The notes: generated by a model from the sequence alone, not told the origin. A stretch of 64,000 bases of DNA from Trichosphaerium sp. ATCC 40318 (GCA_038496445.1 JALMLS010000585.1:62001-126000), one strand, 5' to 3'. Counted from the first letter of the stretch, positions 45,480-56,667 are shown. Numbers and translations: made by a program.

Positions 45480-48130
45480 ATGGAACAGCGCCTTTGTCCT
45501 GAAGGCTCACCACTTCGCCTGAAGCTAAAGGAGATTGCCAGTGCGCAGAATGATGTTATTATAACTTTTTGTAAGTGTTTTTGCGTTAAACGCTACACAC
45601 GGTTTTGTGATGGGTATTAGGTAATCACAGCTTTGTTGACATGGCATTAAACTGGGCTATTTCTGTTCAACGCTTAAACATTACCAACTACATTATTTTT
45701 GCGCTAGACAAGCCCGCATACGCGGAATTAGAAGCTCATGGGCTCAACGTTTGGTTATCTGAAGGGTAACGAGTACAATTCGAGAATACTGTTAATAGTG
45801 GAGTAGCGGTATTGCCCAACGTGTATTTGGCGAGAGTATGGAAGCTTTTGGGTCTCCTGGGTTTATTAGTATTTGCAACGAAAAACCATGGCTTGTACGC
45901 AGCCCTAATAGCGTCACTACGCTTGAAACTTATTTTACTTTGCTTTGTAGGTATGTCAGATCCTTCTCGCCGGATTTAATTGTTGTTGGACTGACACAGA
46001 CATCGTTTGGTTCAAAAACCCATTTGAAGTATTTGATCTGAAGTACGCTTTTGGAAATAGCGATTTATTTATTACTCGTAGTCGTGACTTAGATCTTCAG
46101 TTACAAAGCGATGATGATGGTGCATGTGCTGGATTTTTCTATGCTAAAGCTACTGATAGAATAACTGGCTTTTTAACAAAGTACAAATCAGTCATATGTC
46201 ATAAGTTTTTTTTGAACATTTCACAAACAAAGAAAAAAATCTATGATTTGTTATGTTGTATTTTGTGTTTGCTGTAATGCAATACCAAGTTTTTATTAGA
46301 GTTATCGAATATTGCAACCCAATGATAGACGATCAGGTGTCTCTTCGAAGACACTTACAAGATGAGGAACATGCAATACTTGTTGGTGATAAAGTACTAC
46401 ACAATTTTATATTTAACTTCGAGATACTTACCATCATAGGCAACTCTGCACCGTCTAGGATCAAGGCCTTCTGTCAAGCTTGATATACCAGAGCTAAACG
46501 AAGATAATAAAGCAATAACTTATACAGTAAGAGAGCGTAAGCGTAAGCTGTTGTTAAAGGACATTTAGCTACTTCCAAGGGATACTTTTCCAAATGGTAC
46601 TGCGTATTTTACGCATAAATTACCACAGAGGCTTGGTATTGACCCATACATTGTCCATAATAATTGTATTATTGGTCATGATCCAAAGCAAGTACGTTCG
46701 GATATGTTTTGTTTTTGAGTTTAACTTTTTCTTTCAGATTAGATTTGATATGTATGGACTTTGGTATGTGCCTACAATACCTTGTGTTGAGGCACCTAAA
46801 GAGTTGCCTACATTAACTCCTACAAAACTCAAGCCGTCGCATAATGAAGTTATTACTACTATAGACAGAGTAGGAGATAAACTGGTAACATCTGGATACG
46901 ACAAAGCAGTAAAGTTCAGAAACTCAACGGCAAGATTCTTTTCTGGCAGGTGCAACTACTAACCTTTTTGGCCTTAGACTGGTGAATACATACAAACAAG
47001 GTGGCTTAATAGGAGAGGAGCGATATGGAGTTTCTCTGTTGACCCAGACACAGGTATTATTTACACAGCGAGTTTTGATAGAACGTTACAAGCGTGGATA
47101 CCTGGTGTAAGTTTTTTTTTGAAAACTACAAAGGCTTCTTGTATTTGACATTTTCATTTAGGCTTGGACTTGCATTAAGTCATTCAAAGGTCATGTGAGT
47201 GTAGTGAACAAGGCTATTTTCCATCAAGGGGCACTTTTTAGTTGCTCTGATGATGGGGATTGTCGTCAATGGGATGTATCAACAGGTCAAAGAGTTCGTA
47301 TATATCGTGCTCACAAAAGGTATGAAATCGAAGCAAGTCCTTTGATGTAAATCTTGTTCTCATTTGACACCATATTAATAAGCTCCTTTACACCGTTTTT
47401 GATTAATTTGAATCTTTTAGTTGGGTGTCAGATATTGCAGTGGATGGCAAAGTGCTGTTTTCGGCTTCAAAGGATAAAACAGCAATTGCTTGGGAGATTA
47501 AAACCGGAAGAATTCTTCAAGTCTATATAGGTCACACTGATTGGGTGCGAGGTATTGCATTGATGCAAGAAAACGATAAAAAAATGTGGACTTGCAGTTC
47601 AGATAAGACAATACGCGAATGGGAAACGAGGGTATGTTGAAAATAACTGCGTTTTCTTTCGAAGAAAGTTTTTACCTTTGTTCGTACCTAGCACTAGATT
47701 GTTGTTGTTTTTACGTTTTGGTTTGCTAAATATGTATCCACATATCATTCATATCTAAATATACTTCTAGACTGGTGAATGTGTTCGTATCTTCAAGGGG
47801 CATAAGGGAGGTGTTAATTCTATTTTGATAAAAAATAAGAAAATGATTTCAGCAGATGATACTGGATGTATTATTGTATGGGACTTAGAAACAGGTTCTG
47901 CTATATCTAGATTCTCTACTGAGAAACCTGTGATTATTTCTTGTCTATATCTCGATGATAACGTGTTATATTCAGGTACCCAAACAAACAAAAAAAACTT
48001 AACTGTCTCACTTTATAACGTGGTTCCTCCACCTAACGTATTATTTTATGTTTAAATCTCATGTTTATTAGGCGACTACGATCAAAATGTACTTCAATGG
48101 CCTGTTAAAAATCTCATAGAAGATGAATAA
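45480..48130 (+). CDS. agtA: AgtA-like cytosolic GT77 glycosyltransferase fused to WD40 propeller (putative Skp1 alpha-galactosyltransferase)
   Basis: No signal anchor; FGSPGFISICNEKP, WTDTDIVW (DxD), FPNG, IVHNNCIIGHDPKQIRFDMYGLW; then WD40 repeats (LVTSGYDKAVK, FSCSDDGDCRQWD, GHTDWVRG, SADDTGCIIVWD). Confidence 0.82.
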
Positions 48131-48564
48131 AAGCCTAAAGCACGAAGAAGCTACTAATATATTTCTTTGAATAATTGCCAGATGCTTTTCAGAATTTTTG
48201 GGTGTGCGAAGCCGTTATTGGTGGGTGTGGCGTGAATTGTTATTGGTAAGGTTAGTAATACATACACTCAAATGGGGTTTTACCAACGTTATGAGGTATC
48301 GGGTAAATAACACGGGACAAATCTGTTTCGAAAAACAATCACACGTGATTTGAGGATGGTATGACGTCAAAAAGTAAGTTCAAATCCACAAAGCGCTATA
48401 GTACTATTGCATATGGTTTTTAGCTTGACTTGAAGTTACCCGATCTTATTTTATGTACCCGAATGTCAACCCGACCTAAACCCGACCTAAACCCTTTTGT
48501 ATCCCACATTTTTTGTGATCCATGTTTTTAAATTATAATAATTGTCAAATCCAAAATAATCCCA

Positions 48565-50392
48565 ATGACAGCACCACGTGTCGCAGTATTATTTACTCTA
48601 CTCCTTGCCTGTAAGTAAAAATTCCTCTTTCTTCATGTAGTAGTAGTTGTTTTAACCCTCAAAATGACAGTGTGTTATGCATTGAGCGTAAATGAGTGGG
48701 GACAGCTTACTGAAAAAGACTTGGAAACTGGCGAGCGGTTAGAGCAACCTCTGATCGCTACTGGTGACATGACAGGTCATGGACAAACTATATGTATCAC
48801 GGCAACAATAGAGACCATGGGTTCAGAAAAAGGAGCAGTTGTTTTTATTGGCAATCAACAAAGTATGTTCAGAAACACTTTTATTCCAACAAAAAAATTG
48901 TTTAATAGCACGTGCTTACACCTTGTTAGGTTTTGAAGATGGAACAGTTACTTCGTTCAGACTCACTGGAGACTCTATACCTTACAGTATTGCCTACGGA
49001 AATAATGAATTCGCTATTGTACTCTACAATGACACTCTACGAGGTGAAATGAGGTTTATTACACCAGAAGGAAATGTTCGTAACACTTTTTCTTCAAGTT
49101 TATCAACCTTAACTAACCTACTTCACAGAGTTTTACTGTATCTGACGTATACAAGTATGATGTATTACATGTTGCGGGTGCTGTTGATACTGCTTTCACT
49201 TTTGATCAAGGTAACGCCGTTTATTTTTACTATTATTTTCTGTCTGTTGATTTTATCATTGGTACACGTGATAACCTGATAAATTTATCCGCGTGTTATT
49301 ACCTTATAATTCTTACCTCTGTTTAGCATCCAATTCATACATCCTCATTAATAGAGACAGAAGCAATAGTATTATATCTCCTATTTTTGTTGACGCTGAT
49401 ACAAAGGAGTTGTCTGTAGGCAGTAACAAAGGTTTGTACTTGAAGAAAGTAGATGGACAATTTTTTGTAATCTTGTTTTAGTTGCTGAAGGTGGACTGTT
49501 CACTACTTCGGCAGAAATAGGTGAAGACGGATGCCTTGTCACTGCTTTTCAAAAACGAAATGAAGACATTGGTTTGATACGTATATCAGTAATAAAAGGA
49601 GCACAAACGGTAAGCAAGAACAATTCTTGTGTTTGTATTAAATTGATTATTAGTTTCTTTATGAACACCTTCTTGTAAATGATAGTAACATGTACGATGA
49701 AGCTACGGATATGGCTTATGATCCAGTTTCAAACCAGTTTGGGTTGTTATACGTAACTGCGATTGATTCTGATCCTAATCAACTACCACCAATGCCTACA
49801 TTGACAATACACATGATCCAATTTGCAGTAAAATGTGAAACCAATGCTCAAGTTCAAGTTATTGGAGATACTGCAAATATTACAACTACTGCGGGTAGCA
49901 GAGAGCTTTATTATGCTATTCGACAATCGCAACTAGCGAAAAGTGCATTCTTAGCGGTGTATTCAGATGCTGTATCAACGTACATGCTTGATATATCTTC
50001 GTCAAATGATGTAACCAAAGTAAAACTACCTGACAATGCAGCCAATATTCCTAACAATGTCGATATTGCTTGGTTACAAACATCTTCTTGTGGATTAGCT
50101 GTGGTACGTTTCTCAATATTTTGACAATAATACACCTGTATCATTGAGACGAAGAGTAATTAACAATCGTTTTTTTTAGGTTGTTGCTGAAACAGATAAA
50201 GATACATCGTTTATGTTGGTTGATGAAACCCTCAACATTTTCAATTGTTCTGATGCTCAAACTATTGCACCTACAACAGCGCCACCATCGACGACAACAT
50301 CACCAAGTACTGGAGATACACCAAGCGACTCTATGCGTATCACGTGGTATGCACTAAGTCTCTTGTTATTATTCATCAGTCTTTGTACTTGA
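48565..50392 (+). CDS. Secreted, putatively GPI-anchored surface protein, copy 1 (multi-exon)
   Basis: Signal MTAPRVAVLFTLLLA, beta-rich body, Thr/Pro/Ser stalk (APTTAPPSTTTSPSTG), hydrophobic C-terminus ITWYALSLLLLFISLCT*. Confidence 0.8.
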
Positions 50393-51038
50393 TGTCTTTG
50401 TGATACCTTGTGTTGCTGATATTACACCAAATAAACCAATCTTGCACCTTCAACACTTCTTGTTAGTCTATCAGTCTGAATTGTTCCTCTTCTATGTGAT
50501 GAAGTAGTGCATAGAGATAGTGAGACTACACGTACAAGGACAAGAGCATTGTTGGTTGTTTGTCGGATGGATATTTCACCGTTTCCGGCAAAGTTGAGTG
50601 TATGCAGTTTACAGTTCTTGTTTTCTATGCAAACTTACTTGCTACAGAAAATCGCTTTCACTAGCCTCAACGAAGGGTGGAGTGATTTGGGTAAATTTGG
50701 ACAACGGATAAAATACGCAAAATAGGAGTAAATACTTCATGCAAATACTTCGTTTTTGTCACGTGTTTAACAACAAAAAACATCATATAATTCACCAATG
50801 GGACAACTAAAAATTCGCGCTAGTACGAATGGTTCACCAAAGATACATACATACTTTATTGTCTATATCGCATCACTACGTTTGCCATCTAAGGGTTTGT
50901 TGATTCTCCTTGGTTCTCCATTGTTTACAATTAGACACAGCTTTAGTCCAAATATTGTCCAATAGCCAAAATAACGCACCTCAAAGCATACAAGTGTATT
51001 TGTAGGGTGGTGAACATGATGTCCATAAATCTCCTGCT

Positions 51039-51146
51039 ATTAGAATAACCGTTGCGCCAGCTAGACAACTAATATGCGATTGTTTGGGAGGAAAGACAAC
51101 GTCTTAGTGGCTATCAATAGCGCACTGATGTCGTGTATATTTGTAC
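51039..51146 (-). repeat. Split direct repeat B2 (3' terminus)
   Basis: 108 bp, identical by eye to 51401-51508. Confidence 0.95.
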
Positions 51147-51290
51147 ATAAAACACTACAGCGCACTCGTGCGAATTACATTACATACAAGATGTGAATTT
51201 TAAAAGAAAAAGAAATAAATGGTTAAAAGAAAGAAAAGAGAAGAAAAGTTTTGGAAAGAAAATGAAGTTTTCAAGGGTTGGGTTTGTGGG

Positions 51291-51402
51291 TGTTGTTGAT
51301 ATTAGCCATAGTTTAATTGTGTTAATGCGTCTTCTGTTGAGATCAATGTTGAGCTTCGGTCTCACGAATTCAAACGCCTGAAATGGTGACATATTCATCC
51401 AT
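51291..51402 (-). repeat. Split direct repeat A2
   Basis: 112 bp, identical by eye to 56266-56377. Confidence 0.95.
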
Positions 51403-51508
51403 TAGAATAACCGTTGCGCCAGCTAGACAACTAATATGCGATTGTTTGGGAGGAAAGACAACGTCTTAGTGGCTATCAATAGCGCACTGATGTCGTGTAT
51501 ATTTGTAC
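51401..51508 (-). repeat. Split direct repeat B1
   Basis: Identical by eye to 51039-51146. Abuts A2 and shares the dinucleotide at 51401-51402. Confidence 0.95.
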
Positions 51509-51512
51509 CCAG

Positions 51513-52589
51513 TCAAATGGCATCCATCCATGGCATTTGACCTTTCTTCCCAATCTCGTCATCTTCAGCTGTCATTTTGAACATCAATTTTTGTTTCATT
51601 AATTTTGGTGCAATTAACCTTTCTTGTTTGGTGTGAACTATATATATTTGATAAGCGTCAGATCTCCAATCGCCTATGTGTTTAATCCACTCTGTAGGTA
51701 CACCCGCCATAGATGCAAACGTGGCACCTCCACGTCGATATGAGTGTCCTGCGTACTGTGTATACTCTTCATTTTGTGCAGTAACCTGGTTCTTTGTCCA
51801 TTTGACAAACTTACTGTAAGTTACTGATGTCCATCGCCCGTTCTTTTTGAATCTCAGCAAAGATTTGTTATGTTCTGGTTTGACCTGTTGTATGAGTCTT
51901 CTCACTGCTGCCAAGGGACATAGTACATGTCCTCCCAAGCTCACATAAGGGACGATGTGTTTGCGTTCCCTAAAATGAATAGTTTTAGTTTGGCGTAGCG
52001 TAAGCCACAAGCTGTCGCCATCATCATATAAGTTATTCATAGACACATGTGTATCGGTGTTGAAATCACTGGCCTTGCGTGGTACCATGTTACCTATCCT
52101 CAACATTCCCCAGAAAGCTAGTAATGCACCTGTCCAGAAAACCAAGTCTTGATCCTTTCTGAGGTCAATATTCATCCTTATTTTAGTAAGTATTGCTGGT
52201 GTAATTGGCCTCTTCCGCTCAATCTTATCACCAAATTCTCGCCTAATACTACGTAACATGTCGTGGTATTGTGTGCATCCTTCTCTTGGGTCTCCATGTC
52301 CTAGACGTTTTGACAGCCATGCCCAATGTGACATGTAAACTCTAATGGTGCCTGGTTTTAGACCTTTGTCATTTTCACCTATTTTTGCCCATAATGCCAT
52401 TATCAGTGTCATTGTACCTGGTGATGTGGGTAGCCACTGTTCTTTAGGTATTTTAAGTGCTAAAAGTGCTGTTACTACCGCTTTGATCGCGGATCTCCGA
52501 TTAGCTTGTGTATTAGCTGGATACGCATTACGTAAAATCTCATTTCTTCTAGCCACTACTACTATCATAAAGAAGTAATCTAAAAACAA
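51513..52589 (-). CDS. Tyrosine recombinase of the retrotransposon
   Basis: Catalytic residues in GMLRIGN (R), RQTKT (K), GHSYRRGGAT (HxxR) and IGDWRSDAYQIY (W, Y). First ATG at 52568. Confidence 0.95.
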   Translation of the reverse strand: MFLDYFFMIVVVARRNEILRNAYPANTQANRRSAIKAVVTALLALKIPKEQWLPTSPGTMTLIMALWAKIGENDKGLKPGTIRVYMSHWAWLSKRLGHGDPREGCTQYHDMLRSIRREFGDKIERKRPITPAILTKIRMNIDLRKDQDLVFWTGALLAFWGMLRIGNMVPRKASDFNTDTHVSMNNLYDDGDSLWLTLRQTKTIHFRERKHIVPYVSLGGHVLCPLAAVRRLIQQVKPEHNKSLLRFKKNGRWTSVTYSKFVKWTKNQVTAQNEEYTQYAGHSYRRGGATFASMAGVPTEWIKHIGDWRSDAYQIYIVHTKQERLIAPKLMKQKLMFKMTAEDDEIGKKGQMPWMDAI

Positions 52590-54127
52590 CCTTTAATAAA
52601 ACGACCGTAGGTGTTTACAAATCCTAAGTTGTTTGCTTCTATTCTAAATCTTTTCCAATCCTCTCTACTGAGGGCGTCTGCCACTCCATTGTCTTTTGTA
52701 TTGATATATTGGGCTGTTAGTCTAAAGCCCAGTGATGCTGACCATTTGTGTATGTCATACACCATCCTCATTGTACCTTTGCTTCGTGATACTAACCTGT
52801 TAACTGCACTGACAACTCCTGTATTGTCAATGTGCAAGTTAGTTATGATTCTGTTGCGAAATCTGTAGCGCCATTCTTTCAACGCCATCCAGAGTGCATA
52901 CATTTCTTTAACGCCTATGTCCCATGTTGTTTCATGTTTTTCAAAAACATGTATGAGCCATTGACCGTCTAAAAATGCTGCTGCCGCTTTACTTGATGCA
53001 TCTGTTTGAAAGCGAGCATTGTATATAGGTATAGGTTTGAGTAGGATGGCTTTACCATCCCATTCTAGCAGCATGTCTGACCACCACTTTAAATCTAATT
53101 TCATTGTAGAGGTGATGGGTATGTAGTCTTCATTGTTTTGGTATCGAGCCATGCCATCGTACAAACGGCGCATGTAAGTGTGTCCGCCAAAGACCACTTG
53201 AGCCGCAAAATTTAAAGTACCTGTGAGTTGCATACATTTACGTTTTTTCGCTGTTTTTTGGTTAAGAAACCATGTGATTAGCTTGTTAATCTTAGTACGT
53301 TTTCGTTCCGTAAGAGAGATTTCTCTTGTGTCCATGTTGAAACGGAGACCGAGGAAAATGATTTGTTTGGTAGGTCCCTCACATTTTTTAGGAGATACCT
53401 TGAAACCTAAGTGTTGTAATATAGTGCACAGAGTGTTTAAACCCTCAAGTGCATCTTCTTTTGTAAAGGCTATAATGAGCCAATCGTCCAAGTAAACCAC
53501 ATGAAAACCTTTGATGCGCTTTGCAATGTATCTGGATATCATTGTCATGAGTCTAACAAACTCATGTGGCGCTCTGTTCCATCCAAAAGGCATACGTGCG
53601 TCATTATATATCACATTTCGCCAAACGAAAGCAAACAAATCATGGTGGTTAGGATTGATAGGTATCATCCTATAAGCTGTTTCCATATCAGCTTTAGCTA
53701 ACCATATAATGGCATTAGGGTGATCACGTATAAATTTTATGGCCTTTTTTAAGGCATCCAGAACAAAATGTGGAGGTTTAGTTGATATGTCATTAGTAGA
53801 GCTTCCTTTAGGTAAGTTCAAACAAACAATCTTTCGTATTTTGTTACGAAATACGCCTTTATCATCATACTTAGGTATGGCGGCAATTTGATTCACTTTA
53901 CGTGCCGTTTTAACTATGTAGATCCAGCCTTTAGCAAGTTCATCTTTGATATCTTTATCAATAAATTTTTCCCATTTTTTGCAAGTGTTAGAGTTTTTAA
54001 CATTTGTAACTGGTATAACTGTATTTTTATCAACCACTGGTAAGCCCACGTTAATCCAAGACTTTAACCAGGGCCAATCTTTATCATTACTAAATAACAT
54101 TGCCCATACAGGCGCACACAAAGTCAT
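52580..54127 (-). CDS. Reverse transcriptase / RNase H of the retrotransposon
   Basis: KADMETAYRMIPI, RMPFGWNRAP, YLDDWL, IIFLG; RNase H FQTDASS, IGVKEMYA, HIDN, NGVADALSR. Confidence 0.96.
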   Translation of the reverse strand: MTLCAPVWAMLFSNDKDWPWLKSWINVGLPVVDKNTVIPVTNVKNSNTCKKWEKFIDKDIKDELAKGWIYIVKTARKVNQIAAIPKYDDKGVFRNKIRKIVCLNLPKGSSTNDISTKPPHFVLDALKKAIKFIRDHPNAIIWLAKADMETAYRMIPINPNHHDLFAFVWRNVIYNDARMPFGWNRAPHEFVRLMTMISRYIAKRIKGFHVVYLDDWLIIAFTKEDALEGLNTLCTILQHLGFKVSPKKCEGPTKQIIFLGLRFNMDTREISLTERKRTKINKLITWFLNQKTAKKRKCMQLTGTLNFAAQVVFGGHTYMRRLYDGMARYQNNEDYIPITSTMKLDLKWWSDMLLEWDGKAILLKPIPIYNARFQTDASSKAAAAFLDGQWLIHVFEKHETTWDIGVKEMYALWMALKEWRYRFRNRIITNLHIDNTGVVSAVNRLVSRSKGTMRMVYDIHKWSASLGFRLTAQYINTKDNGVADALSREDWKRFRIEANNLGFVNTYGRFIKGCF

Positions 54128-54199
54128 TTTTGAAGTAGAAAACTTTTCATTTTTACAATTTTTTGTGGTAATTTGATGCGCAGGTACAGGCGCTGGCAG

Positions 54200-56284
54200 T
54201 CAGGTGCGTTTTGTAGGGCAGGTAGCATACCAGTGCCCACTGTTACCGCAGCTGAAGCATACATGGTCATAAAAACAGTTGGCACCGAACTTACAAAGGC
54301 CACCACTGATATTCATTCGGACACATGCGCAATGAATATTTTTTAATCTCCACGGGTTTCTGTCATTACCCGGAGCTGAAGCACGTGCTGACTGTCTATC
54401 AGGCGCAGAACGTTGAGGTTGCTGTTGTTGTTGTTGCTGACCTCTTCTTCCATTGTTGTAGCCTCCATTACCTCCACTACCAATTGGTACTGAACCTAAA
54501 TACATAGTAACAAAAATATTAGGTACATCACTATAACAGGTGGCTGTTCTGGTCCAATAAGACCTGACAGCCGTGTCAAACTTTAATACCTGTGCTAGAT
54601 TGTATGTAAAAAGCAATGTTTCCAGCAGATTGTGGTACTTGGCGTATCCTGCCTGGCGATCCGCGCTTATGAGACCGGCGGCGGCGTCTATTTCTATTTG
54701 ATTGTTGATAAAACGAAGGCGTGCCAACAGGTCCGTTTTTTCCTTGATTGGGTGCCGTTTGTAGCCCTTTTTGGACAGCGTCTGCAATAAGCTATGATTG
54801 TTAGGCGGTACCACGTATTCTGGGTAATAGACTGGCTTCCAGAGGCCATGTCTAGAAATCCCAGGTAGCAAAGGTGACTCTTTGAAAGCCTTTCGCAATG
54901 CTTTTCTTTGGGTGTTACTTACTGCAGCTATGTTCTGGCCTTGTGACGGCATCAGGGCGCCTTGTAGGTTTGCTCCTGAGAAAAGACCACCACCTATGTT
55001 AGTTAGGTTGGTGGGAACGTTAAGCTGGGATGTAGTGCCTGCATTGTTGTTCAATTGCGGCATAGCCATCATACTGCTTGATTGGTTCATAGCAGGAGGC
55101 GGTTGTAGGATGGGTGGTATCGCACCAGAAGCTTGAGCAGGGTGAGAGGCAAAGTTGGGTAGAGCAGGTTGTAAATTAAGATTGGTGGAGGTGGGGCTTG
55201 AACCTTTAAAATTAAAGTTAGCTTCGTTCAACAAACGTGTAGTTTCTTCCATAGCAACACGACTGTTCTCTAATTTTTTAGCCATGTCATACAATGACGT
55301 ACTGGGTATGGCTGCTAGGTTGGATTGTGCTGCAGCAGTTTGAGGCTGCAGAGGCGGTTGTGGCAGTGGGGGAGGTTGCTGAGGCGCCACAGGTGGTAGT
55401 TGAGGTACTGTTAACGGAGAAGGTTGTTGAGGATCCGCTTGAGGTTGTAACTGAGCCGGTAGTTGTGGAGGTTGTTGAGGGGCAGGTGGAGGTAGCATAG
55501 GCGCTTGAGCATTCGCTGCTTGCAGCGCTTCCAGTTGAGCTTGCCTTTGTTTCATCTTCCTCACTTCTATTTGGAGCGACTTGTTTTCAGAAGCAAGGAC
55601 ACGTTGAGATGCGTTTGCTGCTGTTAGCATCTGCTGGAGTTGTTGGTTGGTGACCGCTAGTTGTTGTATCGCTTCTTTCCAATTGACCTGGTCGGGATTG
55701 GTCAGTTGTTGGGCTATAGTCGGAGGTGTCTCGACTGGTAACTGAATATCAAGATCTTGAGTAAGATCTACACCTAAAAAAGAACTTTCAGTATTGTCTG
55801 GAGTGTTACTGCGGGTTTTCTTTGTTGTCGTCCGCTTAGGGGACAAAAATTCTCTAATACCGAGGCCAAGATTAGTTAAAAATCCTTTTGGTGCGTCCTT
55901 CTGCTCAACGCCGTAGAGTGGGAGAAAAATGGTTGATCCATCGACTTTTGGGAAATAAGTCTTACCTAGCGATACCCAGTCGGGGTAAACGCCCTGTTGA
56001 ATTGAGTTGTGGACTCTTCTTAAGATCTCCACCAAGGTGTCCTTTTTTAGCTCTCTGATCGAGCTCCATAGTCCTGTACCCGCGAATTGTCGGTCTGGGT
56101 CCAAGTTGATGCTTAATAATTGATAAATCTCATCACGTGTCTTTTTGTTGAGATCCACCTTCATAAAGTCTTCAAACGTGTCTTGCGCTTTTATAGCCAC
56201 GTTAATCCAATATTTTTGCGTAGCGTTTAATTTATTAGCCGGCTCTGATTGGTTCGCCAGCCCACTGTTGTTGATATTAGCCAT
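54200..56284 (-). CDS. Gag-like ORF1 of the retrotransposon
   Basis: Coiled coil, Pro/Gln-rich region, C-terminal CCCH finger (CVRMNISGGLCKFGANCFYDH) plus CCHC knuckle (CFSCGNSGHWYATC). Confidence 0.9.
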   Translation of the reverse strand: MANINNSGLANQSEPANKLNATQKYWINVAIKAQDTFEDFMKVDLNKKTRDEIYQLLSINLDPDRQFAGTGLWSSIRELKKDTLVEILRRVHNSIQQGVYPDWVSLGKTYFPKVDGSTIFLPLYGVEQKDAPKGFLTNLGLGIREFLSPKRTTTKKTRSNTPDNTESSFLGVDLTQDLDIQLPVETPPTIAQQLTNPDQVNWKEAIQQLAVTNQQLQQMLTAANASQRVLASENKSLQIEVRKMKQRQAQLEALQAANAQAPMLPPPAPQQPPQLPAQLQPQADPQQPSPLTVPQLPPVAPQQPPPLPQPPLQPQTAAAQSNLAAIPSTSLYDMAKKLENSRVAMEETTRLLNEANFNFKGSSPTSTNLNLQPALPNFASHPAQASGAIPPILQPPPAMNQSSSMMAMPQLNNNAGTTSQLNVPTNLTNIGGGLFSGANLQGALMPSQGQNIAAVSNTQRKALRKAFKESPLLPGISRHGLWKPVYYPEYVVPPNNHSLLQTLSKKGYKRHPIKEKTDLLARLRFINNQIEIDAAAGLISADRQAGYAKYHNLLETLLFTYNLAQVLKFDTAVRSYWTRTATCYSDVPNIFVTMYLGSVPIGSGGNGGYNNGRRGQQQQQQQPQRSAPDRQSARASAPGNDRNPWRLKNIHCACVRMNISGGLCKFGANCFYDHVCFSCGNSGHWYATCPTKRT

Positions 56285-56377
56285 AGTTTAATTGTGTTAA
56301 TGCGTCTTCTGTTGAGATCAATGTTGAGCTTCGGTCTCACGAATTCAAACGCCTGAAATGGTGACATATTCATCCAT
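56266..56377 (-). repeat. Split direct repeat A1 (5' terminus; includes gag start codon)
   Basis: Identical by eye to 51291-51402. Confidence 0.95.
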
Positions 56378-56667
56378 AAACAAGTCGTGAAGATCCACAA
56401 ATCTCCCAACTGCTACGTAATCAAAAAGTAAAAAGTACGAAAGGAACGGCTAAAAGGGAACAAAATCTTATAAAAACCCCAGTATTCACATGATTTCAGG
56501 GAGGTCATCAACGTAAGTCAGCTAATCCACGAAGCGTTAAAGTACCGCAATGCATGGTTTTTACCTGACATGAGCGAAGACAATCTTAGTACTTGAACTA
56601 CCCGACCTAAACCCTTTGTCTCCCACTTTTGATCTATGTTTTTATTTAAAAGTCCAAAGTAATCCCA

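Larger units (their letters stand above)
51039..56377 (-). mobile_element. Full-length tyrosine-recombinase retrotransposon (DIRS order, Ngaro-like split direct repeats)
   Basis: gag, RT/RNaseH and YR ORFs with no methyltransferase domain. Repeats in sense order A1 (56377-56266) - ORFs - B1 (51508-51401) - A2 (51402-51291) - spacer - B2 (51146-51039). Intronless. Confidence 0.95.

Noticed and set aside
48470-48495. Telomere-like ACCCGACCTAA tandem
   Set aside because: Only about two units. It is part of the GPI-gene upstream region (one unit at ~56600), not a telomeric array.
51180-51398. ORFs 51180-51398 and 56227-56409 sharing MNMSPFQAFEF...
   Set aside because: They arise from the duplicated A repeat. 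At most a uORF over the gag start; not a separate gene.
51039-51508. Repeat-spacer-repeat resembling CRISPR or a normal LTR
   Set aside because: Repeats exceed 100 bp, occur only twice each and fit the split-direct-repeat architecture; the context is eukaryotic.
54200-54202. Selenocysteine reading of the gag UGA
   Set aside because: No redox motif context and no SECIS that I can identify.
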